Of a stretch of DNA of 64,000 nt, positions 20,793-31,102 are shown one piece after another. The translations under genes and the position numbers were made by a program. Positions within the stretch are counted from its first letter, which is position 1. Each line of letters begins with the position of its first letter. Under the pieces are notes generated by a model, which ran no database searches, was not told where the DNA came from, and was given only the letters and a program-made list of their open reading frames with translations. The DNA is from Candidatus Sysuiplasma jiujiangense (GTDB lineage: Archaea > Thermoplasmatota > Thermoplasmata > Sysuiplasmatales > Sysuiplasmataceae), in the NCBI GenBank assembly GCA_019721075.1, contig JAHEAD010000011.1:1-64000 (forward strand). Reading direction: 5' to 3'.

Positions 20793-20798
20793 TGCGGT

Positions 20799-21311
20799 TC
20801 ACCGCTTCTCGGACAGAAGCTTTTCAAAATACTGCCTGACCTCGGAGCTGTTCCTCGCCTCTATGCCGAAGAATTCAGCAAACCTGGAACTTGTTGTCAG
20901 TTCAAGAGAATGGGCCTTCGACCTAACACTGACGAGGCCGAGGTCGCGCAGTTTTGCGACGCTCTCATATATCCTGGGGCCGATTTTCCGGGCGAGTTCG
21001 CTCTGCAGCACAGGCTGGTAGTATGCAATCACCGATATCGTGTTGAGCAGATCCTTCGAAAGGCCCGTCGGCGCAACCGTCCTGGCGCTCACCTGGAATT
21101 CCTTCCTGAGCTGCATGGAGTACTTTTCACCTATGCGCAGTATCTCGACGGAAGTGCTCCTGCCGTCATAAATGCGCTTAAGTTTTCTAAGCGCCTTCCT
21201 GACCTCGGCTACCTCGATGCCGGAACTCGCGGATATCTCCCCGGGATGCAGCGGCCTGCCGGATGAAAAGAGCATTGCTTCGATGACGAGCAGCTTTTCC
21301 TCCAAATTCAT
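20799..21311 (-). CDS. scpB: Segregation and condensation protein B
   Basis: IEAMLFSSGRPL, ISVIAYYQPV and TTSSRFAEFFGI; third gene of the smc operon. Confidence 0.92.
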   Translation of the reverse strand: MNLEEKLLVIEAMLFSSGRPLHPGEISASSGIEVAEVRKALRKLKRIYDGRSTSVEILRIGEKYSMQLRKEFQVSARTVAPTGLSKDLLNTISVIAYYQPVLQSELARKIGPRIYESVAKLRDLGLVSVRSKAHSLELTTSSRFAEFFGIEARNSSEVRQYFEKLLSEKR

Positions 21312-21325
21312 TCCTCCGGCCTGTA

Positions 21326-22198
21326 TCAGAGACCAGGCTCCTGCTGGGCTTCTCCGCTGAACTCAACCGTCACATACTGCTGCTGGCCGGTGGGCTCAAG
21401 ATAAATCTCCCGGCTGCCTTCGTCCTCCTGCCATATCCGTATCTTTCCGAGCCTGGCGAGGAAGAGCATTGCCAGGAAGACGGTAACGACCTCATCCCTT
21501 GTCGACGCCATGTCCGAAAAGGCAACGGGTCCCGGTCCGAGCGAATAGAGTTTTTCCAGGACAAAGTTAATTTCCTTTTCAGGGTCCTCCCTGTGGGCAT
21601 TGTCGCTGAACTTCCTTTCCGGCATGACAGCGGCAGACGAGGCGCGCGTCAGGTGCTCCTCGATCTCCTTCTGCGCCTCCGTGAAGGCGTCGAGCAGATC
21701 CATGATGCTGACCTCCCTCGAGAAATTGGACCTTATGGCAGGCTGAAGCTCGAATTCATCATCGAAGCTTACAGGATCGTCGTCGAATATGTAGAAGAAG
21801 TTGGGGTTTACATCAGCACGCTCCTCCTTCTCCTTCACTATTCTGCTCAGCATCATGTCGCTCTCAAGCCTCAGCACGCTCCACGCCATGAATATGATGC
21901 GGCCGGAAACGACAAAATTGACGGCGTTCTCCTCCCTGACCTTCTGCAGGTACAGACGGGAGAAATTCACGATGTCTATTGATCTCGGATCCATGTTATT
22001 GCTAATGACAAGTTCGAATACGATGGCAATGCTCCTGTCGAAAGGATCCCTGATGGCATGATGGTCGGCCTCTGGCAGCGATTTTGCGATCTCCATATAC
22101 CTGTCAAGGCGGGTGTATTTCTTTGCATCCTCCACCAGCAGCGATTTCTGGAACAGAAGCTCGTTGAATATCGCCCTGAAATCGGACTCCTCCGTCAT
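21326..22198 (-). CDS. scpA: Segregation and condensation protein A (kleisin)
   Basis: MDPRSIDI, SGRIIFMAWSVLRLES and FLAMLFLARLGKIRIWQ; abuts smc. Confidence 0.9.
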   Translation of the reverse strand: MTEESDFRAIFNELLFQKSLLVEDAKKYTRLDRYMEIAKSLPEADHHAIRDPFDRSIAIVFELVISNNMDPRSIDIVNFSRLYLQKVREENAVNFVVSGRIIFMAWSVLRLESDMMLSRIVKEKEERADVNPNFFYIFDDDPVSFDDEFELQPAIRSNFSREVSIMDLLDAFTEAQKEIEEHLTRASSAAVMPERKFSDNAHREDPEKEINFVLEKLYSLGPGPVAFSDMASTRDEVVTVFLAMLFLARLGKIRIWQEDEGSREIYLEPTGQQQYVTVEFSGEAQQEPGL

Positions 22199-25100
22199 CT
22201 ATTCCTCCGCCCCCTGCATTTCGGCCTGCTGCATATCGCTATCCTCCGGCATCTCCCTCAGGAACACCTCGGACACGCCTGAAAGCTGCTTTGTCACGCC
22301 TATGAGCCTGTCGGCGCTGTTCAGCGTCACTTTTCTGAGCGAAATCTGCAGGAACTGGGCAGTGTTGGACAGTCCCCTGACCATCTTCGACACAGCCTCC
22401 GTGTTTATGCCGTCGAGGAACATGTCTACCTCATCCAGGACGTAGACGGGGGAAGGGTCGTACTGCTGTATGGCGAATATAAAGGCAAGCGCGGCAAGAC
22501 TCTTTTCACCGCCGCTCAGAGCCTCGATTCTGAGCGTCTTCTTCTCCTTCTGCTTTACGCGTATCAGCAGCCCGCCCTGCAGCGGGTCGTCGGAATTTTC
22601 CAGGACGAGCTCGCCTTCGTTGCCGCCAGAGAGCTGCGAATAGATTTGGGAGAAATTGCCGTTTATGGAAGTGAAAACAGTGATCAGGCCGGATCTCTTC
22701 TTCTTGTTTATCTCCTCGACAAGGTGTAAAAGCGACTTCTTCTTTTCTAGGAATGCGGATATTTCGGAATCGAGGTCCTCGCACCTCGACCTTGTGTGAT
22801 CGTAACTTTCGATTGCAAGCATGTTGACACCGCCGATCGAACCAATTGTCTTTTCGGCCTCTGCAATCGCCTCCTTCAGCTTCTCCATCGTCAGGTTCTC
22901 CTCAAGTTTAACAGCACCGGCTTCGCCGAGCACCCTGATTTCCTCTTCAATCTCCCTCCTGCGTCCTTCGATTTCCACTATGCTGGTCTTGAGCCTGATC
23001 TTCAGGTCATTGAGCGTGTCGGCACGCTCCGATGATTTCGACAGCCCGGCTTCAAGTGATATCTTCGCCTGAAGCAGGGCGTCGCGCTGCGCCCTCAGGG
23101 ATGACTGCGATCTGTAAAGCTCGTCTTCCATCTTCTGGAGGGCAGCAACCTCTATGCCGGACTTCGCTGCCTGTTCATCATACTCCGAGATCCTGGAGTC
23201 GAGGGAGGCAATGGCCTCCTTTGCCTCCGAAATGCTGCTCTCCAGCCCGGAGACCTCTTTCTCTATGAACTGCAGTTCCGTCCTGCCCGTGCCCAGACCC
23301 AGTCTGATGTTCTGAATCTGTTCATAGAGTGAGTGTACCTCCTCCCTGAGCGTGCTGATGCGGCTGCTGATTTCCCTGGGCTTGTCGGCCAGGAGTTCTT
23401 CTGATTTTGAGTTGAGCCTTTTGCCGAGTTCCTCTTCCTTCCTCTTGGCCTCGTCAAGCTGTGCCTTGACAGCCGCCTGTTTTTTCTCGCTCTCCGAAAG
23501 GAAGTCCCTGAGCTTCTTTATCTCAAATGTGAATGTGTTCAGTTCCTTCTCGATCAGCGACTTCTGGGAGTTGAGTGCGTCCAGGCTTACCGTTCCCTCT
23601 CCCATGTTCGACCTTATCGAGCGTATCCTCTCCTCCAGCACCTGAAGCTCTGAACGGACGGAGGAGAGTTCGGCCGATTTCTCCTCCGATTCGGCAACGA
23701 GACCCCGCAGCCTTGAGCCGAGCTCCTCCACCTTTCCCTTTTCGGTAAGCGCCTTTCCCGCTGTGCGGTCCAGCGAACCGCCAATCATGGCACCGCTTGC
23801 CTCGGCTATGTCGCCTTCAAGCGTCACCAGCCTTATGCCGCCCATCAGTTTTCGCAATTCGTCAATGCCGCCGACAACAAGCGTGTCCCCGAATACGTAC
23901 CACATCGCCGGCCTGAATTTCTCGTCGAACGACATGTGGTCTATCATGAAACCGAGTGTCTGGGGCTGCATCATCACCGCTTTTCCCCTGGGTCTTCCCT
24001 CTATCATCTTGTTGAGCGGCAGAAATGTCAGTCTGCCGAGACCCGCCCTCTTGATAAGGCCTATGCATGCGGCCGCCACGCCATCATCCTCGACGATGAC
24101 CGCCTGCATCCTGCTCCCTGATGCAGAGAATACTGCATCAGTGAATTTGTCCTCGATCCTGCAGAGTTCGGAAACTGTTCCGTATACGCCCTTTATCTCC
24201 CCCCTGTCCCTTGCCTCAAGGACGGCTCTGAGAGCCCCGCCGTTTCCGAGCCTTGCATCCGCCCTGGCATCGTTCTGAGCCCTTGCCCTTTCATATTCCC
24301 TGGTTACCTGCTTTAACTCCTTCTCCAGTTCCTGTACCGCGGAGGAGAGCGCCTCCTCACGCTTCTTCTTTATATTGAACGAATCCTGGCATACCTTAAG
24401 CTCGTCCTCCTTCTCCCTGCTGCTCTTCCCCGTCTCCTTGAGTTTCCACACGATGTCCTTGAACTCGAAATCCTTTGAACTCTTCTTTTCCTCCAGCAGT
24501 GCCAGTTCCTTCGCCTGCCTGTCGATGGCGTCGGCCAGCCTGTCGGATTCAAGCTGCATCTCCCTGATCCTGCCCTGCAGTTCGGTGACGCTCACAACGA
24601 GCTGATTCCTCTCCTTCTGGATCTTCTGCGACCTGTCGTCTCCCTCCACGAGCTTCTTTTCCAGCTCCTGGAGCTCATTCTTTTTTGAGTCATGCTCATT
24701 CTGAAGAGAGGAGAGACTTTCCTGCATTACGCCCAGCGATTTCTTCTGGCGTTCCAGCACCTTCTGCCTCTCTGCGAGCGTTTTCTTCATTCCTGAAAGT
24801 TCAGCCTTCTTTTCCTCAAGCTCTGTCCGGGATGTTGCGGATGCGTCCGTGTTCCTGGCCCTGGCAATTTTTGCAGCATCGAGCCTGTCCCTCAGTTCCT
24901 TTGCTTCCTGCCCGCCCGAATTGTTGAGTTCCTCGTCCTTCTTCCTGAGATCCTCCTGAAGCCTCACGGATTCCTCCTTCCCTTTTTCAATTTCCTCCCT
25001 CAGCTTCAGTATCTGCGATTCGTAGTTTTCAATCTGCCCGGTTACCGATTTAATCTCTTCTTCCGTTGTCGCCAGCCTTTTCATTGCCAGCGTCAGGCGT

Positions 25101-25789
25101 GAATCATCGAGCCTCTTCTTTTCTGCAATGTACCGTTCGGCGGCCTTCTTTTCCGATTCCAGCCTCCTGAGTTCAGACCTGAGTTCGTTGAGCACCGATT
25201 CAGCCGTGAGCAGATTCGTTTCAACCTGAGCCTTTTCCTTCTCCGCATTCTCAATCTCGGCATCAAAGGCGGTTATGCCTGCTATGTCGTCAAGAATCTT
25301 CCTTCTCTCGGTGTTGCCCATCTCGATTATCCTTGTTATATCCCCCTGCTGGACGAAATTATAGCCGTCCGCACTGAGCTTCGCATCGCGGAGGAGCGCG
25401 TCGAATTCGCTAAGGGAGGAGCGCCGCTCGTTGACGTAGAAGTAGGAGGTGTAGTCGTCACCATCCGATGCACGCTTCACCGTTCTGGTGAACACCACTT
25501 CGTCATTGTCTATTGGTATAGTCCGGTCGCTGTTGTCAAACACGACGGACACCGTGACAAACGAGGCTGCATTCCTGGACTTTCCGCCATTGTAAATCAG
25601 ATCGGTCAGCTTCCCTGCCCTGATGACCTTGGAACTTTTAGGTCCCAGTACGAAGAGTATTGCATCCGATATGTTCGACTTGCCGGACCCGTTCGGCCCG
25701 GTTATCACCGTATAACCGGGGTGCAGCGGAACCCTTACCTTTTTTGCGAATGACTTGAAATTTTCAAGCGTTATCTCCTTCAGATACAT
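22199..25789 (-). CDS. smc: Chromosome segregation protein SMC
   Basis: NFKSF, GPNGSGKSN, long coiled coils, hinge (GRLTFLPL, GAMIGG), LSGGEKS and LDEVD; 1196 aa. Confidence 0.98.
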   Translation of the reverse strand: MYLKEITLENFKSFAKKVRVPLHPGYTVITGPNGSGKSNISDAILFVLGPKSSKVIRAGKLTDLIYNGGKSRNAASFVTVSVVFDNSDRTIPIDNDEVVFTRTVKRASDGDDYTSYFYVNERRSSLSEFDALLRDAKLSADGYNFVQQGDITRIIEMGNTERRKILDDIAGITAFDAEIENAEKEKAQVETNLLTAESVLNELRSELRRLESEKKAAERYIAEKKRLDDSRLTLAMKRLATTEEEIKSVTGQIENYESQILKLREEIEKGKEESVRLQEDLRKKDEELNNSGGQEAKELRDRLDAAKIARARNTDASATSRTELEEKKAELSGMKKTLAERQKVLERQKKSLGVMQESLSSLQNEHDSKKNELQELEKKLVEGDDRSQKIQKERNQLVVSVTELQGRIREMQLESDRLADAIDRQAKELALLEEKKSSKDFEFKDIVWKLKETGKSSREKEDELKVCQDSFNIKKKREEALSSAVQELEKELKQVTREYERARAQNDARADARLGNGGALRAVLEARDRGEIKGVYGTVSELCRIEDKFTDAVFSASGSRMQAVIVEDDGVAAACIGLIKRAGLGRLTFLPLNKMIEGRPRGKAVMMQPQTLGFMIDHMSFDEKFRPAMWYVFGDTLVVGGIDELRKLMGGIRLVTLEGDIAEASGAMIGGSLDRTAGKALTEKGKVEELGSRLRGLVAESEEKSAELSSVRSELQVLEERIRSIRSNMGEGTVSLDALNSQKSLIEKELNTFTFEIKKLRDFLSESEKKQAAVKAQLDEAKRKEEELGKRLNSKSEELLADKPREISSRISTLREEVHSLYEQIQNIRLGLGTGRTELQFIEKEVSGLESSISEAKEAIASLDSRISEYDEQAAKSGIEVAALQKMEDELYRSQSSLRAQRDALLQAKISLEAGLSKSSERADTLNDLKIRLKTSIVEIEGRRREIEEEIRVLGEAGAVKLEENLTMEKLKEAIAEAEKTIGSIGGVNMLAIESYDHTRSRCEDLDSEISAFLEKKKSLLHLVEEINKKKRSGLITVFTSINGNFSQIYSQLSGGNEGELVLENSDDPLQGGLLIRVKQKEKKTLRIEALSGGEKSLAALAFIFAIQQYDPSPVYVLDEVDMFLDGINTEAVSKMVRGLSNTAQFLQISLRKVTLNSADRLIGVTKQLSGVSEVFLREMPEDSDMQQAEMQGAEE

Positions 25790-26076
25790 TCAGATCTCAC
25801 CTGCCAGAATGAGAAAAAGTGTCAACTCATATTCCGACTTCAACGTGCATCCCGCTCTGCACGGATAATGCTAGAGGTTCTTTATAATATATGCGACGGG
25901 GAGAAGACGGAAAGACCGCCACCTGATAAAGATGTCATGGGGAAATCGGCATCTTCTCCTGCGCTGGAATCCCAGGGCGTGAATCAGAATGCGTGACTGT
26001 GAGATGGTCGCACTGCATGACGAAGGCCGGTTGGTGGCTGGACAAAGCATAAGGTCACGATGGCTATTTCCTGCAT

Positions 26077-26439
26077 ATGGAAGAGGGTAAATCCCATGTG
26101 ACGGATCACATGGCCAATGTGCGGACATACCTCGCATGGATTCGCACAGGCATAACCGTTATTGCGCTGGGCTTCGTCGTTGCAAAATTCGGCATCATAA
26201 TCAAGGAACTGGTTCCGTCCGCGCCGACAACAACATACCACCTTTCATCAGCAATAGGGATAGCACTCGTTGTTGCCGGGGGTTTCATGCAGATAATGGC
26301 GCTCAGAACATTCCTTGTCAACAAAAGGAGCATCGAGGCAGGGGATTATTCACCTTCGTCGCTTGGAGAGATAGCGACAGGCATCATTTCCTTCTTTATC
26401 GCGGTCGTGCTGATAGTTTATCTCATACTGACGCTATGA
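26077..26439 (+). CDS. DUF202/YidH-family membrane protein
   Basis: DHMANVRTYLAWIRTG followed by 3 TMs. Confidence 0.88.
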   Translation: MEEGKSHVTDHMANVRTYLAWIRTGITVIALGFVVAKFGIIIKELVPSAPTTTYHLSSAIGIALVVAGGFMQIMALRTFLVNKRSIEAGDYSPSSLGEIATGIISFFIAVVLIVYLILTL

Positions 26440-26580
26440 GGACGGGAACAGAGCTTCCCCGCCCTGGGCATGGCATTGTTCCCTGTCTCTCCACGAAAAC
26501 GGTTTGAGGTCCATTTTCATGGGACTGTCCGGCACGTGCGGCTGGCGGTCTGCGGACTCATTCTGGCAGAATTGGTAAAT

Positions 26581-27765
26581 ATGAAATTCGTATTCCCCTC
26601 AGCAATGCATTCATTCTCCCTTGCTGTCTCTATTGCTGCAGCCCTCCTCGTCCTGCTCTATTTTCCCATTGCGATAATGCAGGACTGGCTGCTCATCAGG
26701 AACAGAAAGACATTCAGAATAGAATGCGACCATTCAGCCAGCGCGGAACAGGGAAGACGTGTACTGTGTGTTGTCACGACAAGCGGGCAGAATCCCATGG
26801 TCGTCGAGCACATACTCTCAGTGTTACGCTCCTACAACCTTAGCATAGAGCTCTTCGTGATTAAGGAGGAAAAGGACAGATTCACCTATTCAGCGACCGA
26901 AATCACAGTTCCGGGTGCCTATGAAACAGGCAACAGGACAAAACACAAAATGAGGGCCCTGCAGTACGGCATAGAGCATCTGCATTACCTCGGATACGAC
27001 AGGGAGACCTACATATGCCACCTTGATGACGACTCCCTCGTCACGGAAGAGTATCTTGAGCACATCTTCAGGATGAAGGAGGAGGCGGGACAGGGTTTCC
27101 TGCGGCTCAGAAAGACCGGCGTGCATATGCTCTCGACGCTCGCCGACATGGTCAGAGTGTCAAATTGCGATTCATTCTGTCATTTCTTCAATGCAGGTGG
27201 CCACCCCAAATCCGTTCATGGAGAGGGGCTGGTGATAAGAGCTGATGTGGAATATCAGCTCGGATGGGATTACGGAACGTATGGTGCGGATGACCTCATC
27301 ATGGGGCAGCTCATAGTAAAGCAGGGGTACTCGTTCGGCTTCATCCCCCATCCCATATTCATTGCACCGCCAGTGTCCGCCAGGGACTTCTACAAGCAGA
27401 GAAGGCGCTGGATCATGTCGATCCTCTGGTCGAGCAGGAGAATCAGGGAAATAGATGCGGTGACGATGGACTGGTTTCTATACAGGTACGCAGTGGGGTG
27501 GACTGGCGTGCTCGGCATCGTCGTTTTCGCCTTCGGATTACTGGAAGGGTTTATGCTCCCTCTCCCGGTGGAGGCCATGCTTGTATTCAACCTGCTCAGC
27601 TATTTCCTCTTTTATCAGTATGGTTCAGCGAGAACTTCAAAGAAGTACATGATCCCCATGGCGCTGCTCCAGTTTCCGGTTGCGCTCTATGAGGGCGGAA
27701 CACTGATCTATTCGCTCCTGTTTCCACCGGCCAGGGACTCGTTCGACGTCATAACAAAGGTCTGA
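26581..27765 (+). CDS. Membrane GT2 glycosyltransferase, egghead/BRE-3 (beta-mannosyltransferase)-like
   Basis: KMRALQY, HLDDDS, GADD and QRRRW; N- and C-terminal TMs; start uncertain (ORF from 26470). Confidence 0.8.
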   Translation: MKFVFPSAMHSFSLAVSIAAALLVLLYFPIAIMQDWLLIRNRKTFRIECDHSASAEQGRRVLCVVTTSGQNPMVVEHILSVLRSYNLSIELFVIKEEKDRFTYSATEITVPGAYETGNRTKHKMRALQYGIEHLHYLGYDRETYICHLDDDSLVTEEYLEHIFRMKEEAGQGFLRLRKTGVHMLSTLADMVRVSNCDSFCHFFNAGGHPKSVHGEGLVIRADVEYQLGWDYGTYGADDLIMGQLIVKQGYSFGFIPHPIFIAPPVSARDFYKQRRRWIMSILWSSRRIREIDAVTMDWFLYRYAVGWTGVLGIVVFAFGLLEGFMLPLPVEAMLVFNLLSYFLFYQYGSARTSKKYMIPMALLQFPVALYEGGTLIYSLLFPPARDSFDVITKV

Positions 27766-27927
27766 ATTCAAAACAAGCGATGCCTGCATACGGAAAAACC
27801 GGTGCTGGAATTGCTGTTTAGCTTAACTAAAATAATTAAACCAAAATCATTGTAAATTACGAGATTCAGTAAAAACTTTTAAATGCATTACCACTATAAA
27901 AGGGATTACAAAAGGGGGCTTTTGAAA

Positions 27928-29889
27928 TTGGTCTCTAGTACTGGAACAACAGCAACAATTGAATCGGACAAGAAACTGAGGAGAGAACTGTCCTTCCGTG
28001 ACCTTCTGATGCTTTCCCTCGGAGGCATCATAGGTTCGGGATGGCTTTTTGCAGTTCTTGCCGCAAGTGCCGATGCCGGTCCTGCAGTCATTGTCAGCTG
28101 GATCGTTGGGGGAATACTGGTACTGTTCATAGCACTGAACTACGCGGAGGTCTCGGGCATGATACCGAGAAGCGGAGCGATTGTGCGATATCCGCACCTG
28201 TCGCACGGAAGCTATACCGGTTACATACTGGGGTGGACATACATGCTTTCGGCAGTCACTGTCCCGACGATAGAGGCCGAGGCAGTGGTCGGATATGCAG
28301 CAACCTATGTTCCGAGCCTGACGTACAGCACCAGCACGCTGCTCGGCACGGTAACAATACTCAGCGGCACCGGAATCGCCCTTGCATTTGTGCTCCTTGT
28401 TTTCTTCTTCTTCCTGAACTACTTTGGAATAAGATTCCTTGGAAAGTTCAACCAGTACGTGACATGGTGGAAATTCATAATACCGGCGCTCACCTTTATA
28501 CTGCTCTTCAGTGTCTTCAGGGCAAGCAACTTCAGTGCCTATGGCGGCTTTACACCGTTCGGCTGGGGACCCGTGTTCCTTGCCATACCCACAGCGGGCA
28601 TTGTCTTCTCGTACCTCGGCTTCAGGCAGGCGCTTGAATACGGCGGCGAGGCAAAAAATCCACAGAGGGATGTACCCAAGGCGACCATCGTATCTGTGCT
28701 GATAGGCATCGTTCTCTACACGCTGCTCCAAGTAGCGTTTACCGGGGCGATAAACTGGGCCAACATAGACATAGTGAATTCAGCAGGCAAGGTTGTAGGG
28801 CCGATAGCTGCCGGGAACTGGGCGGCGCTGAAGTCCACAACCTGGGCTTCCGGGCCTTTCTACAACGCACTCAAATCTTCGGGGCTTGCACTTCTGGGAG
28901 CCTTTGCCGTATTCCTGCTGATAGATGCCTGGATTTCACCGTCGGGAACAGGCTGGGTCTACATGGGCACGGGAACGAGGACATTCTACGGTCTCGGTGC
29001 CGACGGCTACCTGCCGAAGGCGTTCACCCAGCTCTCGAGCTACAAAATACCATGGCTCTCCCTGATCGCAGCTCTGATTGTCGGCCTGATATTCCTTCTC
29101 CCGTTCCCGAGCTGGTACCTGCTTGTCGGTTTCATCTCAAGCGCAACGGTCTTCACATATGTGATGGGAGGCGTTGCACTTCAGGTCTTCAGGAAGACTG
29201 CACCGTCGATGAAAAGACCGTTCAGGCTGCCCGGAGCGCTCATACTCGCGCCTATAGGGTTTGTTTCCGCGGCGATGATCGTCTACTGGTCCGGAATAAC
29301 ACTTGTCATCATACTCGTATATGCGATACTCGCAGGTCTGCCGCTCTACATAATACTCTACGGCCCCAATAAGCTCGGAATTAACCGCGGCGTGGCTGCA
29401 GTGCTGGGCATTGTCTTCTGGATCCTGCTTGGCGTTTTCTTCTTCTACGGATACAACAGCATCATAACACCGGGCGTCACCGAGGCCACCGGCGGAGTGC
29501 CGAGTTCCATAGGCAACGGTATGACCGCAGCAATACTCAACACGAGATTCTTCATATTCTTCGGCGTGACTGCGTTGCTGTCACTCGGAACAACGGCAAT
29601 CATACACGTGCTTACGGACAAGGAAAAGAAGAGGGAGATCGCCTCGGGGTACTGGCTTGTGCTGTTTGCGCTTGCAATACTCTTGCTTTCCTACTTCGGA
29701 GCATTCGGCTTTGACACCGTTATCGCGTTCCCGTGGGACAATGTCGCGGCGATAGTGCTTGCGATTGTGTTCTACATTGCTGCGGTACTCAGCGGCTACA
29801 AGACAGATGACATTACAGACATACTCGGTTCAGAGGGGGTTCCTGCGCCCGTTGTTGGAGCATCGGAAGCTGCAGAAGAAAAGAGCTGA
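27928..29889 (+). CDS. APC-family amino acid permease
   Basis: LRREL..GGIIGSGWLF, YAEVSGMIPRSG, FSYLGFRQ and EAKNPQRDVP; start approximate. Confidence 0.92.
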   Translation: MVSSTGTTATIESDKKLRRELSFRDLLMLSLGGIIGSGWLFAVLAASADAGPAVIVSWIVGGILVLFIALNYAEVSGMIPRSGAIVRYPHLSHGSYTGYILGWTYMLSAVTVPTIEAEAVVGYAATYVPSLTYSTSTLLGTVTILSGTGIALAFVLLVFFFFLNYFGIRFLGKFNQYVTWWKFIIPALTFILLFSVFRASNFSAYGGFTPFGWGPVFLAIPTAGIVFSYLGFRQALEYGGEAKNPQRDVPKATIVSVLIGIVLYTLLQVAFTGAINWANIDIVNSAGKVVGPIAAGNWAALKSTTWASGPFYNALKSSGLALLGAFAVFLLIDAWISPSGTGWVYMGTGTRTFYGLGADGYLPKAFTQLSSYKIPWLSLIAALIVGLIFLLPFPSWYLLVGFISSATVFTYVMGGVALQVFRKTAPSMKRPFRLPGALILAPIGFVSAAMIVYWSGITLVIILVYAILAGLPLYIILYGPNKLGINRGVAAVLGIVFWILLGVFFFYGYNSIITPGVTEATGGVPSSIGNGMTAAILNTRFFIFFGVTALLSLGTTAIIHVLTDKEKKREIASGYWLVLFALAILLLSYFGAFGFDTVIAFPWDNVAAIVLAIVFYIAAVLSGYKTDDITDILGSEGVPAPVVGASEAAEEKS

Positions 29890-30019
29890 AACTGCAGCGA
29901 CAGGTACCATTCAAACCATTTAATAAACACTTTCCTTCATTCTTGTGAGCACCCCTTTCCATGGGCAGGGACTGTTTTTTGCTTATTTTATTAATCGTGA
30001 ATATGCATGCGGCAGCCAT

Positions 30020-31054
30020 ATGAATACGAAATACCTGGGCAGGACGGGAGTCAGAATAAGCGAGCTGTGCCTCGGCACAATGACATTCGGCTGGAGGGCG
30101 GATGAACGAATCAGCCATGCCATACTCGATGCTTTCAGGGATGAGGGCGGAAATTTCATTGACACGGCCGATGTCTATGCGGGAGGGAAATCGGAACAGA
30201 TCGCCGGAGAGTGGCTGAAGAGGAACGGGAGGGATGATTTTGTTGTCGCCACCAAGATCCGTTTTCAGACATCGGGGAAGGCAAACGACATCGGCCTTTC
30301 AAGGAGGCACATACTCAGCGGTGTGAGGAGCAGCCTGAAACGGCTGCAGACAGACTACATCGACCTTTACCAGATTCATGCCTGGGATCCGGCAACGCCG
30401 GTGGAGGAAACGCTGCGTGCACTCCAAACACTCGTCGATGATGGGGTTGTCAGGTACATCGGTGCAAGCAACCTCAGGGCATGGCAGCTGCAGCTTGCCC
30501 TGGACAGCGCAAGGGAAAACGGTCTGAGCGGTTTCGTATCACTGCAGCCGCAGTATAGCCTGCTCTGCCGCGCAACCGAATTTGAACTCATTCCTGCTTG
30601 CAGGCACAATGGTCTTGCCGTAAACCCATGGAGTCCTCTGGGCCGGGGCCTGCTGACCGGAAAGTACAGCAGGGAAATGAAGAGCCCGCCCGAAAACACA
30701 AGGATTGGCGCATCCTACAGGGAAGGCAGGAAGGACATCTGGGACAGGCAGAATAACGACCTGACATGGCGTATTGTCGAAACGGTCGGCAGGATTGCGG
30801 CAGAAACGGGAAAGACGCATTCCCAGATCGCACTCAACTGGCTGCTCGGCAGGGAGGGAGTGACCTCGCCGACACTCGGCGTTTCAAGCGTCGAACAGCT
30901 GAGAGACAATGCCGGTGCTGCCGGATGGAGACTGGAAAAGGGTCACTCCGATGAACTCGACAGGGTGAGCGCACCACAGGTCTCATACCCCTACGACCAG
31001 GCGGCCGAGGAGCAGCAGAAGAGGGGCAGGGAGGATTTTCAGGCACAGGAATGA
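30020..31054 (+). CDS. Aldo/keto reductase (Tas-like)
   Basis: LGRTG..SELCLGTMTFG, DTADVY, DYIDLYQIH and WSPLGRG. Confidence 0.93.
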   Translation: MNTKYLGRTGVRISELCLGTMTFGWRADERISHAILDAFRDEGGNFIDTADVYAGGKSEQIAGEWLKRNGRDDFVVATKIRFQTSGKANDIGLSRRHILSGVRSSLKRLQTDYIDLYQIHAWDPATPVEETLRALQTLVDDGVVRYIGASNLRAWQLQLALDSARENGLSGFVSLQPQYSLLCRATEFELIPACRHNGLAVNPWSPLGRGLLTGKYSREMKSPPENTRIGASYREGRKDIWDRQNNDLTWRIVETVGRIAAETGKTHSQIALNWLLGREGVTSPTLGVSSVEQLRDNAGAAGWRLEKGHSDELDRVSAPQVSYPYDQAAEEQQKRGREDFQAQE

Positions 31055-31102
31055 AAAGAAGGACCATTTCAGATATAGCCGGCCGGACAGCATGATTATT
31101 GC

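Noticed and set aside
27847..28731. 294-aa minus-strand ORF and the many similar overlapping ORFs in the track
   Set aside because: Antisense or alternate-frame shadows of clear genes
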